Below are positions 11,862-23,253 of a stretch of 64,000 nucleotides of DNA, piece by piece. The notes under the pieces are model-generated. The model was not told the DNA's origin. It saw only the letters and a list, made by a program, of their open reading frames with translations, and made no database searches. The first letter of the stretch is position 1, and each line of letters starts with the position of its first letter. The stretch comes from Bilabrum cf. latius. Taxonomy: Eukaryota. The DNA lies in the NCBI GenBank assembly GCA_965178125.1, contig OZ237764.1, positions 372,001 to 436,000 of the forward strand, given 5' to 3'. The position numbers and the translations under genes were made by a program.

Positions 11862-14800
11862 TCAGCCCCACGACTCGTCAGTGTCAGCGCGAGATTGTCC
11901 AGTCAGTGCTGCGCCACCGCCCGTCGCCTACCCTGCGATGCCACCCCCTTCGGCCTCTGCATGGCCCATTGCGACCTCGAGTACGGCTGCAGCTGCCTGG
12001 ACCAGTAGCACAGTGTGCAGGAGTCCCTGCTAGGAGTGAGACCCTGCCCCTGCCCCTGCACGTGCAGCTTCCTCCAGCATCGTATCGGTGAGTGCCTTGA
12101 TCTTACCGAGAGCTGCAGAAACAAGCGGACCGTCAAGGTGAGAAAGGGGCGGCAGCAGCAGCAGCTACGCGACATCAGGCTGCTATCCTGCAGACGCAGA
12201 CGATAGGGCAGTTCGGAAGTTCTCGTAGTCTCGCACGCTGATTGCGTCTATGTCTGGTGACGCAGTGGCACTCAGCCCGAGGCCAAGCATGAGCAGCCCG
12301 CTCCGAATGGATTCGATTGCCGGCTTGGTTACGCCATCGACGTACTTTTGCAGGTCCGTAAACCCAGCCGAGTCTCTAAGTCGGCTTGCTGCATTTGCTT
12401 GCAGAAGCAGTAGCACGTACCTGGTGTTCAGCGCACCGAGTCCTGCGTGCAGCTGGATGCCCGGCGACTTCGTCCGAGTAGTAGACAATACACTAGCAGC
12501 TGCGTCGGCTTGGTGCATGCTACCAAGGCCACTCCCCGGTCTACAGCTAGCTGGCTGTGTTGCTCCCACCGGCACAGCTAAGTCCTTGTTGCTAGGCCCG
12601 CCCAGGCCGGGAGTATTCTCAGTCTTGCCTAAGCCATCAATTTCGCTGACAATCGCCGAATCGTCCTTCTTTTCCCCTGCACTTGCATACCGTGCATCTG
12701 CACTTCCTGCTGCAGGGCCATCATGGCCATCCGCTGTTCCTGCATGCCGTGCATCTGCACTTCCTGCTGCAGGGCCATCATGGCCATCCGCTGTTCCTGC
12801 ATGCCGTGCATCTGCACTTCCTGCTGCAGGGCCATCATGGCCATCCGCTGCACCTGCATGCCGTGCATCTGCACTTCCTGCTGCAGGGCCATGATGGCCA
12901 TCCGCTGCACCTGCATGCCGTGCATCTGCACTTCCTGCTGCAGGGCCATCATGGCCATCCGCTGCAGGCGTTTTCGCCGATAGCTGTCTACTAGCCTGTG
13001 GGTCTTCTTGATGTTCGCTGTCCAACGCACTCTCATGTGCAAGGTCCACCATGCTGTCGTTGACGCAATGCAGCATGCGTATGGAGTACCTTCCTGCCAT
13101 CACAGCCCTGAATGCCTCGATCTGAGGTAGAGAATCAGCATCCAGTAATCTATCCAGGTTTGTGTGCGCCGTTACCATCATGGCAGCGGCCTGGTCAAGC
13201 AGCGTGCTCACGTTGCACTCTAACGGAGCAGCCACGCCCCCCTCTTGCACACTTTCACTTGGCTCCCCATCACCTGCGGCACTACAAGTGGCATCGCCTA
13301 AAGCAGTCTTTGCCGTAGCCATCGGCACCCTCTCGCACTCGGGCGCGTGCCCCTCTACGTCAAGCACACCACCACCCGAGGGCCACAGCATGGTGAGCTT
13401 GTCCCCGATCCACGAGCGTATCTTGCCTTCGGATTTGTCGTCACCGTAACGCGCCCAGTGCTTGCCGTGAGCAATTTGGGAAGCTGCCAAGGAAACGAGC
13501 GATTTGCAGTCGACGAACTATTCGCTTGTAATTGGCTGAAGCTTCGCGCTGCTGTGGCCCTGCTCGCCGTATCTGCTCCGTGCCTGCTCGCCGCCGTGCG
13601 CCATGGCCTCCTTTTCAGCCGAATCGACGGCATCCACAGGCAAGAGAAAATCACCAGCGGCAAACCGAAATCCACTGGGCGCATCTGTTTCCGGAGCCGA
13701 GCCTGCGCTGGCAGCAACAGACTAGCCCGCTGCAGTCGCCGCAGACTAGTCCTCTTCCATGCAAGCAATCTTATTCCTCGCTTCCGGTGCCACGATCCCC
13801 GCAGTCTCCAGATCCACGCATGCCAGCATCGACCTGCACGCGTGCTCCCATTCCTCCACGCGGTACCATGCTCGCATCAGCGGGTGGTGCGGGTCGACAG
13901 GCACGGATTTGCATGCCGGACTGCTGGGTTCTTTCTCCGCGGTTGCCTTGTCCATCCATCGGGACATTGGCCTGTCCATTGCGTGCACTAGGTGGGGGTT
14001 GTGCTCACCCGGCGAAAATCGAGCACGCACGTCGTCGAGATCAGCGTGGTACGAGGTCCATTCTTTGCTTGGAGGTTGACTGTTGGTCACCTAGAGTCTA
14101 GATTGGGACCAACCCTCCTCGCCGCTCGCTTGGAGTTCAGTGCTGACCTAGCTAAACAGAAAATTCTCCTTAGATTCACCCTTGTCCTAACACAAGACCA
14201 CCACTATTGAGTTGTTGGGGCGTCCGTTGGATAGCTGCAGCGCATAGCAGCCCATGTATTCCCCTGTTCGCTTGCTAGACTGCTGACAAGCACTCATGAT
14301 GTAGTTCCGGGCGATGATCTTATCTCCGTCCAGGGGATTCTTTGGGTCAATGGCCAGATAGGGGCCGTATCGAGCCTCTCGAACGGCAGGCACAATACCG
14401 TTAGATGCACGGTCGGGGTTCCTCGGCCTGCTGCATGAGAAAGCTCGCCTGTATAGGCCTTGGATCGGCAGCGGGAACTGCCGCTGGGCCAGACAGGGCC
14501 AATTCTCGACAGCACCTGCCGATACAGATGCATCTATTGCCGTCTCCTGCCCGGGCTATGGGAATGCGTCAGACAGTTCTTGGCAGATACCGGAGCGCAG
14601 TTTTTTGACTGCCTCACTCATCCGGTCAGTCCACTTGGGGACTTCTGCCTTAGGACTCGCTTCGGCGCTTTCGTCGCCCTGAGTACCGTAGGTATACACG
14701 TCGTTGTCCTACCGTTCGAAGTACAGCAGCCCCTCCGGCAGTCCAGACCTAGCAGGGTTCAGGCGCAGCTTCTTGTGCGTGATCGGAGAAGGGCTCGGCG

Positions 14801-15969
14801 GGGATGCGGCACCCGCGGCCCCCGCGTCAGTCGCTGACCGTGCACCTCCGGTCGCGGCGCCACTCCCACCTTCAGCTGCTCTCTCGACGCCATGGGTCGG
14901 CGCCTCCTCGTGTTCTAAAGCGTGCCGAAGAGCCAGGATGTGTTCATCCCACACCTTCCTCCAGGCCTCTGCCACCGGCAGTTGCTGGTCGGTGCGACCA
15001 CTTTTCCCATCCGAGCTGAGACTGCCTGAGCTGAGTGATGATCCCGACTGACTGCCGGCTGGCGCTTGGCCGCCTTCTTTCTTAGCAGATCGGTACCGTG
15101 ATCGAGTATGTTTCTCTGCTGATGGCGGCTACTTTGCTGGGATCAGTTCATCGGTGCGCGGCCCCGCGGTGATTGCCCCCCTCGGCATCCATGTGCCCGG
15201 CCACAGCTGGATGGGGGCGGGCTTGCCTGTCGTTTCAAGCGTCCCGTCCGGCTTTTCGCTCCGTGCCTCCGCGTCAAGTAGCAATCCTGACACGGCCACG
15301 ACCGGGGGCAGATACCTAAACACGTTCCCGCCCGGGGGGCGGTTCCAGTCCGCGGCTGGCGCGGAGTGGCTCAGGATCAGCCCGCCATTGTGCTCCCACG
15401 GGCACAGGCGCAGCAGCCACGTCCCCGGCTTGTGCACAATGCCCAGCAGCAAGTCCGCCGCAGGACGGGTCTGCATGCCCTAGAAGCAGTTGAATGCCAC
15501 GTCCAGGGCCAGCAGCCGGAAGGAAGCCTCCATCACGCAGAGTTTCCAAGAGTTGGGATCATCCTTGTTCCATAGGTCGTTCACGTTCATGCACATCATG
15601 ACGCCAAGCAGATCGAGGAAGAGGACATCTCTGGTGGAGCAATGCTGGCTGAATGTGAATTCGGGCGAATCTTCAAGTTGATCGAAAGGTGCAGCTGGCG
15701 GCTTGCCCACCTGGTTGAGTGCCAGTTTCCAGACGGCGATGCATCGGCCAGCCACACCATCAGATACTCCCGACTCAATGAGAAGATCCTTTACAGCTGA
15801 GCTAAAAATTTTCCACGGCAATCTGGGAAGGAGCTGATTTTGACTGCGATCCAAACAAGTATGGCAAGATCATAATGCATTATGAGGGCTGCGTCACTTT
15901 CTTCTACGGCGCCGTTATGCACCCTTACTCTGCAAACATGGACTTCCATGCTTCAACTGCTGCTATCAT
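11862..15969 (-). CDS. Unknown-family protein, tandem paralog 3 (~1340 aa; exons 15969-15929 and 15843-11862)
   Basis: One frame joins ORFs 15480, 15129, 14709, 14187, 13746 and 12183 through TAGs and ends in TGA at 11862. Intron 15928-15844. Confidence 0.75.
12685..12966. repeat. 57-bp coding minisatellite x~5 (19-aa unit ADGHDGPAAGSADARHAG[AT])
   Basis: Near-perfect head-to-tail repeats of gcatctgcacttcctgctgcagggccatcatggccatccgctg..cctgcatgccgt within paralog 3. Confidence 0.9.
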
Positions 15970-16042
15970 TTAGGTTGCGGGCTCTTGAGTGTTTGCGAAT
16001 GCGATATTAATCTGAATTAGTCGATCAATACGCACGCAACAA

Positions 16043-19000
16043 TTAACCGACGCTCGCCCCGCTCGGCAGCCATACTTTGCTGAAGTCCTCCAAGCTCGTT
16101 GCAGCTTTGGACTTCCTGCCAAGCCCCAGCTTGGCGCATCGAGTGCGAGTAGCTGTCTTTTTGGCAGCTTGCCCCCTCGTGCCATGGAACACAGGCCGAG
16201 AGATAGCTTGCCTTCTTTCGTGCTACAGGTTCCAATTCGAAGCTGGCCTGGCCCTACCGCCCTTCCCCGACCCAGCCCTGGATGGCCCCTTCCTCTTCGA
16301 TGATATCTGCTTGGATTCCCTCCCGGCACTCACCACGAGAGTGCCCCCTGGCGCGCCGTCCACGTCAACCTGCACCACGACTTCAACACCGGTTCCTGCT
16401 CCACTTTCTGTACTTCTTCTAGCCTAAGCATGCCGCCGTGGTTTGGAAGAGCCTACCATATGCTGTATTGTTGCTGACGGTAGCATCTGCCTCCCGTTAG
16501 TCCCCTCACGGCCATTGGTGCTGCCCGGTGCCACCCTGCTGTCCTTGACACCTGTCACCGGCAAAGCGCTGGCAGCGTCACCAGCACGTCCTCTAGGACT
16601 CGACCGGCCGGCAACTACGCGCGGGACAGGGCTGGCGGGCGCAGGGCTCCGAAGAACTGGTGGGATAGTCGACTCTAGGCCGGTGGCAGTGCCTGCCGCT
16701 GTGCTTGGCGAGCCGCGCCAGCCTCGTATCTTGCTGCCGCTGCCAGTTGCGTGCGATTCGCGGATTCTTCGATCGCTTGGAGATCCAATGCGGCGACCGC
16801 TACGCCCCGCACCGAGCCTGTCGCCAAAAGATGCACCAGCCTGTACTCCTAGCTGCAGTTGCTGCCCTAGCGCAGGACCATCGGGCATACTCGAGTGCAT
16901 GAACGGAAGGGATCGGGCCTCGGCAGCAGCAACACCAAGCTGCGATCGCACACCGGGAGGAACGATTTTCTGCTCGCCGCTGCCATCGATCGGACTGCTT
17001 CGAGATCCGTCATTCCTGCCATCCCTGGGCCGAGACGAGGATGGGACCGCCACTGACGAGGCCTGGCTCGACCCAAGCTGGCCCGCCCACTTGGCCGCCT
17101 TCTGCCACGCTGACTCTAGAGCCTTCGCGTGCGGCGGGGGAGACATGCCACGGGCCAGCGCGCGGCCAAGCCAGGCGCTGCTTCCCATCCCCGCGCTTGC
17201 TCCGCGATCAACATCTGCTCCGTTTGAGCCTAGAGCGCTGCCCAGCGCAGATCCCGAATCCACGCTCCTGCGCGCATCTGTACCAGCGTTCCTTCGCCTG
17301 CTCGCAGCTTCCTGGATTGCGTCCAGGTGCGCGCGAGCAGCCCGCACCAGCCGCCTGCACGCCCGCTGCCCCCGTATGCACGCGGCCATCGCGTCCTCCC
17401 TCTGCATGCTGGCCCGCTCGTGCGCCCGCCTCCAGTGATCCACAAGGGTCTGTGCGGCGGCCTCGGCCTCGGCCCTAGCGGTTGCAACCGCCTCCATGGC
17501 CACCGCCTCGGGTACCGTTGCATCCTCTGCAGCTACTGCCGTGGTGGTGTGCCTAGAGTCGGGTGGCTCAGTACTACTTGAAGCAGGAGCCTTGGCCACC
17601 ACAGCGGCCACACACAGAGACGCTGATACGGACGAAGCATAGGCGCGAGGGCTCTGCCGGTTCACTGTTCTTGAAGAGCTCCCGCTGAGTCGCCCGCTAT
17701 TGATCGTAGCCTACTGCCGAAGCTCCATCACATCTTTCTGCAGCCTCACGATGGTGGCATCTCGCTCTTGCAGCCGACCCGAAGTGTATCGCGCTCGCTG
17801 TTCGGCGCTTTCGCGCTACTTTTCAAGACCATCGTTCTGCGTCTTGATCCGATCCAGTTGTTCCCTCAGACGCGCGTTGTCCAGATGGGCCAGCCGCGCA
17901 GTCTCCGCGCTCGCCTCTGCCCTGGCTCGCTACCGCCCCGCCTCCGCTGCCAGCTTCTCACCCACCACCTCTCCCTGCGCACTCGTCACACTTGTGCCCA
18001 CCAGGTGCTCCCAGTCCTCATCCCTGGCCCGGTCCGCGGCTTTGACTACCCCCGCGGCGGAGACGCCGCGCTGCTGGCCCGCGATCCGAGCCGCCTCCTC
18101 CGCTGCTGCGACCCTCGCGGCAGCAGCCCGCACCGCAGCAGCTAAGGCCCCCTGCATCGCGCTCGTCCGGTTCATGGATGCGCGCATGGCCCGCGCGCTC
18201 TCCTCTGCGGCCATGGCGCGGGCGTCCGCCGCTTCTGCCCTCGTCCTTGCAGCGGCTGCCTCTGCCTCAGCCGCCTCCCACCTCTCCTGGCACTCGTCGG
18301 CGTACCGCTTCCATCGCATGGCAACCGCTTCTTCCCTGGCACCGGGAGAGGTGGCGCCGGTGATGTCCAGACGGGTCGGTGATCCGTGTGACGAGTGCGA
18401 CGACTCTCCGGTGTTCCGTTGGGGGCTTCCCACGGAGCTCGCGCTTCCGTTGATGTCGTGGTCTCCTTGGGCCATTGCATCTGCTGCCGCCTGCCGTCGA
18501 CTGTCCCGCTTTAGTGAGGATGGCAGGGAATCTAGTAGGTCTGGAGCATGCTGGGTTAACAAGTTATCGTCTTCTTCTGCGCGTGCACCGCCACCTTGAG
18601 GTTGGCGATCATCGGCTGTGCGCTTCTCTGTGGCCTTGCCTTGCCGCCCCGCGGCGGCGCCGGCTGATGTCGTCTTTCCTGCCGGCGGACGATCCCGGGG
18701 CCCATTCGGCAGTTGGGCTGCATCAACATGCCGGGACTCCTGAAGTTCTGTGCTGCCTTTTGAATCTTCAAGAGTCCCGTCAAGCACTGCATCCAGGGCT
18801 GCAATCGCCTCGCTCGCGGCTTCGTCGTCCATGGCACCGGCACCGCCGGACGCTGACCGCGGCTCTGCCGGCGGCACATCGTATCCAGAGTCTTGCTCAT
18901 CCTCCGAGTCTGAATCCGAGCCAAACACATCCTCGACTGACAGGTCCCCGTGCCTGACAACCTGAGCGATCTCAGCATCGGACCTTCGCACGGAAGACTT

Positions 19001-19261
19001 GCCTCGGCTGCCCTAGCCATCGCTAACCATACTGCTCTCCATCTGGGGTAGATCCATTTTAATCCACTCGAACTCGCTGCTTGTGCCTATACTCTTGCGC
19101 TTGGTATCCTCGATTGCCTTCTTCGAGTATCGGCGGGAGACTCTGCGAGGCGCGGTCGAGATCTACGGATGATTCGAATCAGCTTCTGCTCCAGGGCTCC
19201 CACCAGTAGGTACAATAGCTAACTGAGAACGATCTACTGCCCCAGAACCTGCGGGGTCCAT
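16043..19261 (-). CDS. Coiled-coil / low-complexity protein of unknown function (~1070 aa)
   Basis: ORFs 19163, 17930 and 16424 share one frame, are linked by TAGs and end in TAA at 16043. The central segments are E/A/R-rich and heptad-like. Confidence 0.65.
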
Positions 19262-19474
19262 ATTCTGTTGATATTCGAAGCAGTTCGAGTTTGAATCTTG
19301 TGGTTCCGGTATTTCAGATCCAGCCAGGTCACGTGGGGGCAGCAAAACAAGCTTGAACGTGCGCCAGATAGCATGCAATCGAAATCTGTTGTATTTTGCA
19401 CCTGCTTGGGCGTACTGCTTGATAGTTAACACATTCCATCCCCTCCCTCTTCCCCCCAGTGGCACAGGTCTCAG

Positions 19475-22400
19475 TCACTGCCCCCCCTGTTTCTCAAAGG
19501 CAGCGCGATACAAATGGGCCGGAATCGCCTGCACGCCGGCCGCGTCCCCGAACATGGGCAGCCGCTGGGACCTCGCCTGCGCCCTCTGCCTCGCCACCAT
19601 GGAGGACCGAGGCGACAGCTGCATGTCGCCCTCCGCCACCACCTTCTTGACGCCGCCCGTCACGCGCATGCTCGCCAAAAATTCGCTGGCCTCGTCGTTG
19701 CTCGGCTTGATCCTCAAACTAGACGTCACAGGGGCCTCCACCGCCACTTTGACCAGCCCGCCTTTGCTCACCTGGCTACCGCTGCCCTGGCTGCCAGTGC
19801 CCGAAGAAGCCTGCCTGCCGCGGCCCCTGTGACGATCAGGCCCCGACCAGTTGGGCGGCTTGGCGCTGCCAGTGGTCGAGTCCCACCCCACGGACTTGAG
19901 GTCGTCCGTCATGCCGTGGCTGGTGTTGGACTGCCTGTGACCGTGCTTGGTGTGGCCCATGGTGCTCTCCCCGTGGCTGGCCTGCCCGTTCCCTTGCCCC
20001 GTGCCCTTGGATTTCACAAAGTACCGCGTGCCTGCGTCGCCGGTATGATTCCCGGATGCTGCCCCAGCGTGGGCCGAGGTGGATTTCCGGAGCGTATTCT
20101 TCAGATTGTCGATGTCGTCCAGCGAATCCTGCCTCTTAAAGGGGACATGGCTGCTGCTACCATCCTCCACCTGCCCGCCGCTCCTGCCAGCCATCTCCTT
20201 GCTCCTGCCAGTTGGCATCTTGCCCAGCTCCAGCCCGCTGCCCACGGCCCGGAGCACCCCAGCTGAGTCCCTTACCGCACCGCCACCGCCACCGCCACCG
20301 CCACCGCCACCTCCTCCGACCTCAGAGTTGCCCGCCGTCCACACCTGCTGGGCCCCCTCATCGTCAGACCCCACAGTGGCATGAGCTAGCCCTACTGCCC
20401 CGCCCTGGCTGCTCGCCTCCTGCCCGTTCTTGCCCTCCCCCTCCTCGTCCTCGTTCTCAGACTCCACCAGCTCGTCGTGCTCCTCGCCCTGCTTGGTGTA
20501 GACCAGCTCGTCCTTCTTCTCCTGCAGCACCTCGTTGATCTCCTGCTGCGTGAAGTACGTACGCTCCGAGCGATGCCTCACCAAGGACTTCCGCCTATTC
20601 ATCCCCTTCTTCTTCTCAACCCTCTTGCCGTTAGACGCACGGGAACCGGCGCGGTGGATGCTGCTCCTCTTCCTGCCGATCGCAGCCCCGCTCTCATCCA
20701 CACCCACGGCCTGCAATGCAGCCTTGACCGCATTCATGACGTGCGCCTGCAGCTGCTCCTGGGTCATGCCAGGCGCACCGGCGGGGAACATGCTGGTCGA
20801 GCTGCTGCCCATTGATGCAGCAGACCGCTCCGACCTAGCGTCCTGGTTGAGGCCACCCGCCCCAACGCTCCTGCTTTGGCCCTCCCACCTGCCACTCGCT
20901 TCTGTGGTGGCTCGCCTGTCTTCAGACGTGGGCAGCAGCACGCCCTTGTCCGCCGAGTCGGGGCCTATGGGGAGACCCGGCCGTTCGTGCACCCCGGTTG
21001 GATCGCCCATCGATTGGGGCGCGCCGCCCATGAGTGCCGCGCTGCTGGTGGCAGGCAGGATCGCAGCGGAGGCGGATGCGACTGCCGATGCGACCTTGGC
21101 GATGTCTTCTTGCGACATGCGTCTGCCACCGTGCTTCTTCCTCCTCCTCATCGTTGAGCCGCTGGTCACGGTTCGGCCGTCGGTCCCGCCCCCCGTCGCA
21201 CTGCCTGTACCGTTGTCATTGTCGTCGTCGTCGTCGCTGTCTCTATCGAACTCGTCGTCTTCCTCAATGGACTGACCATCATCGTCAAGCGGGGTGATCT
21301 CGGTGAGCCGGACGAGCACGTGGTTGTGCTCCGCTTCATCCAGCCCCCTCTTCTCCTCGTCTTCTGTGACACGCACGGGGATGCACAGCCCCGTGGTGAG
21401 GATGCCAAGAGCGCAGGAGAGACCGCCTATCAGAGCCACCGCGCAGCACGTCGCCAGCTGCACGCCGAACTGCCGCAGCCCGCCTCCGTGGAAGAGGCCA
21501 GGGGTCGACGCGTCCGTCCCGTAGATGTAATCGTTGCCCGGCAGCGTGTGATCGTTCGCGAACAGCCCGACCATGAGCATCCCCATGATCCCGTTGACGA
21601 AGTGGCATGGCAGCGCTGCTACGGGGTCGTCGATCCGGAACCAGACGAAGAGATGCCCAGAGAGCATTCCGATGACGGACCCAATCACTCCGATGATGGC
21701 AGCCTCCCACGGCTGGATGCTCGCACAGGGCGCAGTGACGCAGACCAGCGCCGAGATGACCCCAGTGACAATTTCGTTCGTATCAACGTAGGCCGGGTGC
21801 TGTATCTAAGACCAGATAATGGAGACGATGCAGCCGGTACCGCTGGCAATTGCAGTGTTCACGCCAGCCAGACCGGCCGTGACCTCGGCCCCGTTGGCAA
21901 TGGACCCTGTGGAGGAGGCGTCAAACGCTACCCAGGCGATGACTAGGAGAATGCAGCCAAAAATCGTGTTCAGTGGGCTAGACCTCGTGGGGAAGTACCT
22001 GCCTGAAGGGCTAAAGACACCTGTGCGGGGGCCGAGCATGATCGTCCCCACGAGACCAGCAGAGCCGCCGCACAGATGCACCGCCGCTGAGCCCGCGAAA
22101 TCGATCACTCCGAGCTCCCCGGCCCAGCCGTCTGTTCCCCAGATCCAGTGGGCGGCAAGGGGGTACGCCAGGCAAATGATCCACAGAGAGAGCACAACGT
22201 AGGCCCTGAAACCCGTCCTTCCCGCCACGGCACCGCTCAGAATCGTTGTTGACGTGGATGCAAACGACCACGACCAAATCCACGCCATGAAGTCCGTGTA
22301 TGGTGGCAGCAGCAAGAAGTCGCCCTCCCCCGTGATTGGATTTGCTCCACCAGCATCGTTCGTGCCGAACGCGAGCCCCCACCCAATCACATAGAATCCA

Positions 22401-23089
22401 AATGCGCCTACGCACATATCGCTCAAGTTCTGCGGTATCGCGGACGGGCCGGGTACGAAGAAAGACTCTGTTGGCGTACAACGGCTCGTTGCTCGAGGAA
22501 TCCGATCGTTCGAAACTGGGCATTCCGCGGAATCAGTCATGCCAGCTTACCTTTGTTATGATACTGATTGAGCTAGATGAGCTGACTGCTCCAGCTTCCA
22601 GCCTGCGAACGTGGGATGGTTATGCGTGATGTGGAGCGAACTAGAGTGCGACAGGAAAGCCGAATCAGTTGCGACAATAGCTGCCCTACTCATATGATGC
22701 CACGTACAAACAAATACACACGATAAAATCCGACTATGCTACGGCTGAAAAACAAAACGAACCCTGCACTGAGGCTGTTGCAGTCGTAGTCTGCGCACGA
22801 ACTGGTTTCCTACTTACATGGCAAAGCCTGCTTGCATTGTGAGAATTATCAAGGCATTTGAGAACAACCACGCCCCGTCTGCAGCAGCTTGATTCGCTTC
22901 TGTCGCCATCTCAAGGGCAAGGACTCTTGATTCCAGCTCCTGAAGAGACATTGTCACGTTTACTGCCTGCAAGGTCCTACCTCTCAAAAGCGCTACAGTG
23001 GCGGTCGAAACACCAGCGGACTCTGTGAATTGCATTAAACTAGTAAGTAGTACAATCATACACGCCGGGGCGGAGAGGATGCTCCACAT
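19475..23089 (-). CDS. AMT: Ammonium transporter (Amt/Mep) with long C-terminal tail; exons 23089-22818, 22602-22551, 22429-19475
   Basis: Splicing restores MQAGFAMLEAG. Other motifs: TILSGAVAGR, YPLAAHWIWG..GW, DFAGSAAVHLCGG and DDPVAALPCH (both pore His residues present). One in-frame TAG at 21806. Ends in TGA. Confidence 0.92.
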
Positions 23090-23253
23090 GTGCCCAATCG
23101 CGACGATGATTGGAATCGCGTGGTGTGTTGTCACGTCGCACTACATGGTCGCAACTTGCTACTCGGAGTCTGCTAGTTCTAATTCCGCCGAGACACTTGG
23201 AGCGCGCATTTACTCATCAATATAAACCCAACTTCCAAAGTCCAAGCCATGAA

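Noticed and set aside
12685-12966. CRISPR-like array
   Set aside because: The repeats are head-to-tail with no unique spacers, lie in frame within a CDS, and the context is eukaryotic.
3300-15969. Transposon or endogenous virus explanation for the threefold repeat
   Set aside because: No RT, integrase, transposase or capsid motifs, and no LTR, TIR or TSD were seen. A conserved spliceosomal intron fits a host gene family.
15970-16329. ORF whose TAA directly abuts the ATG of paralog 3 (apparent translational coupling)
   Set aside because: It is an alternative frame. The upstream gene's own frame ends at the TAA at 16043.
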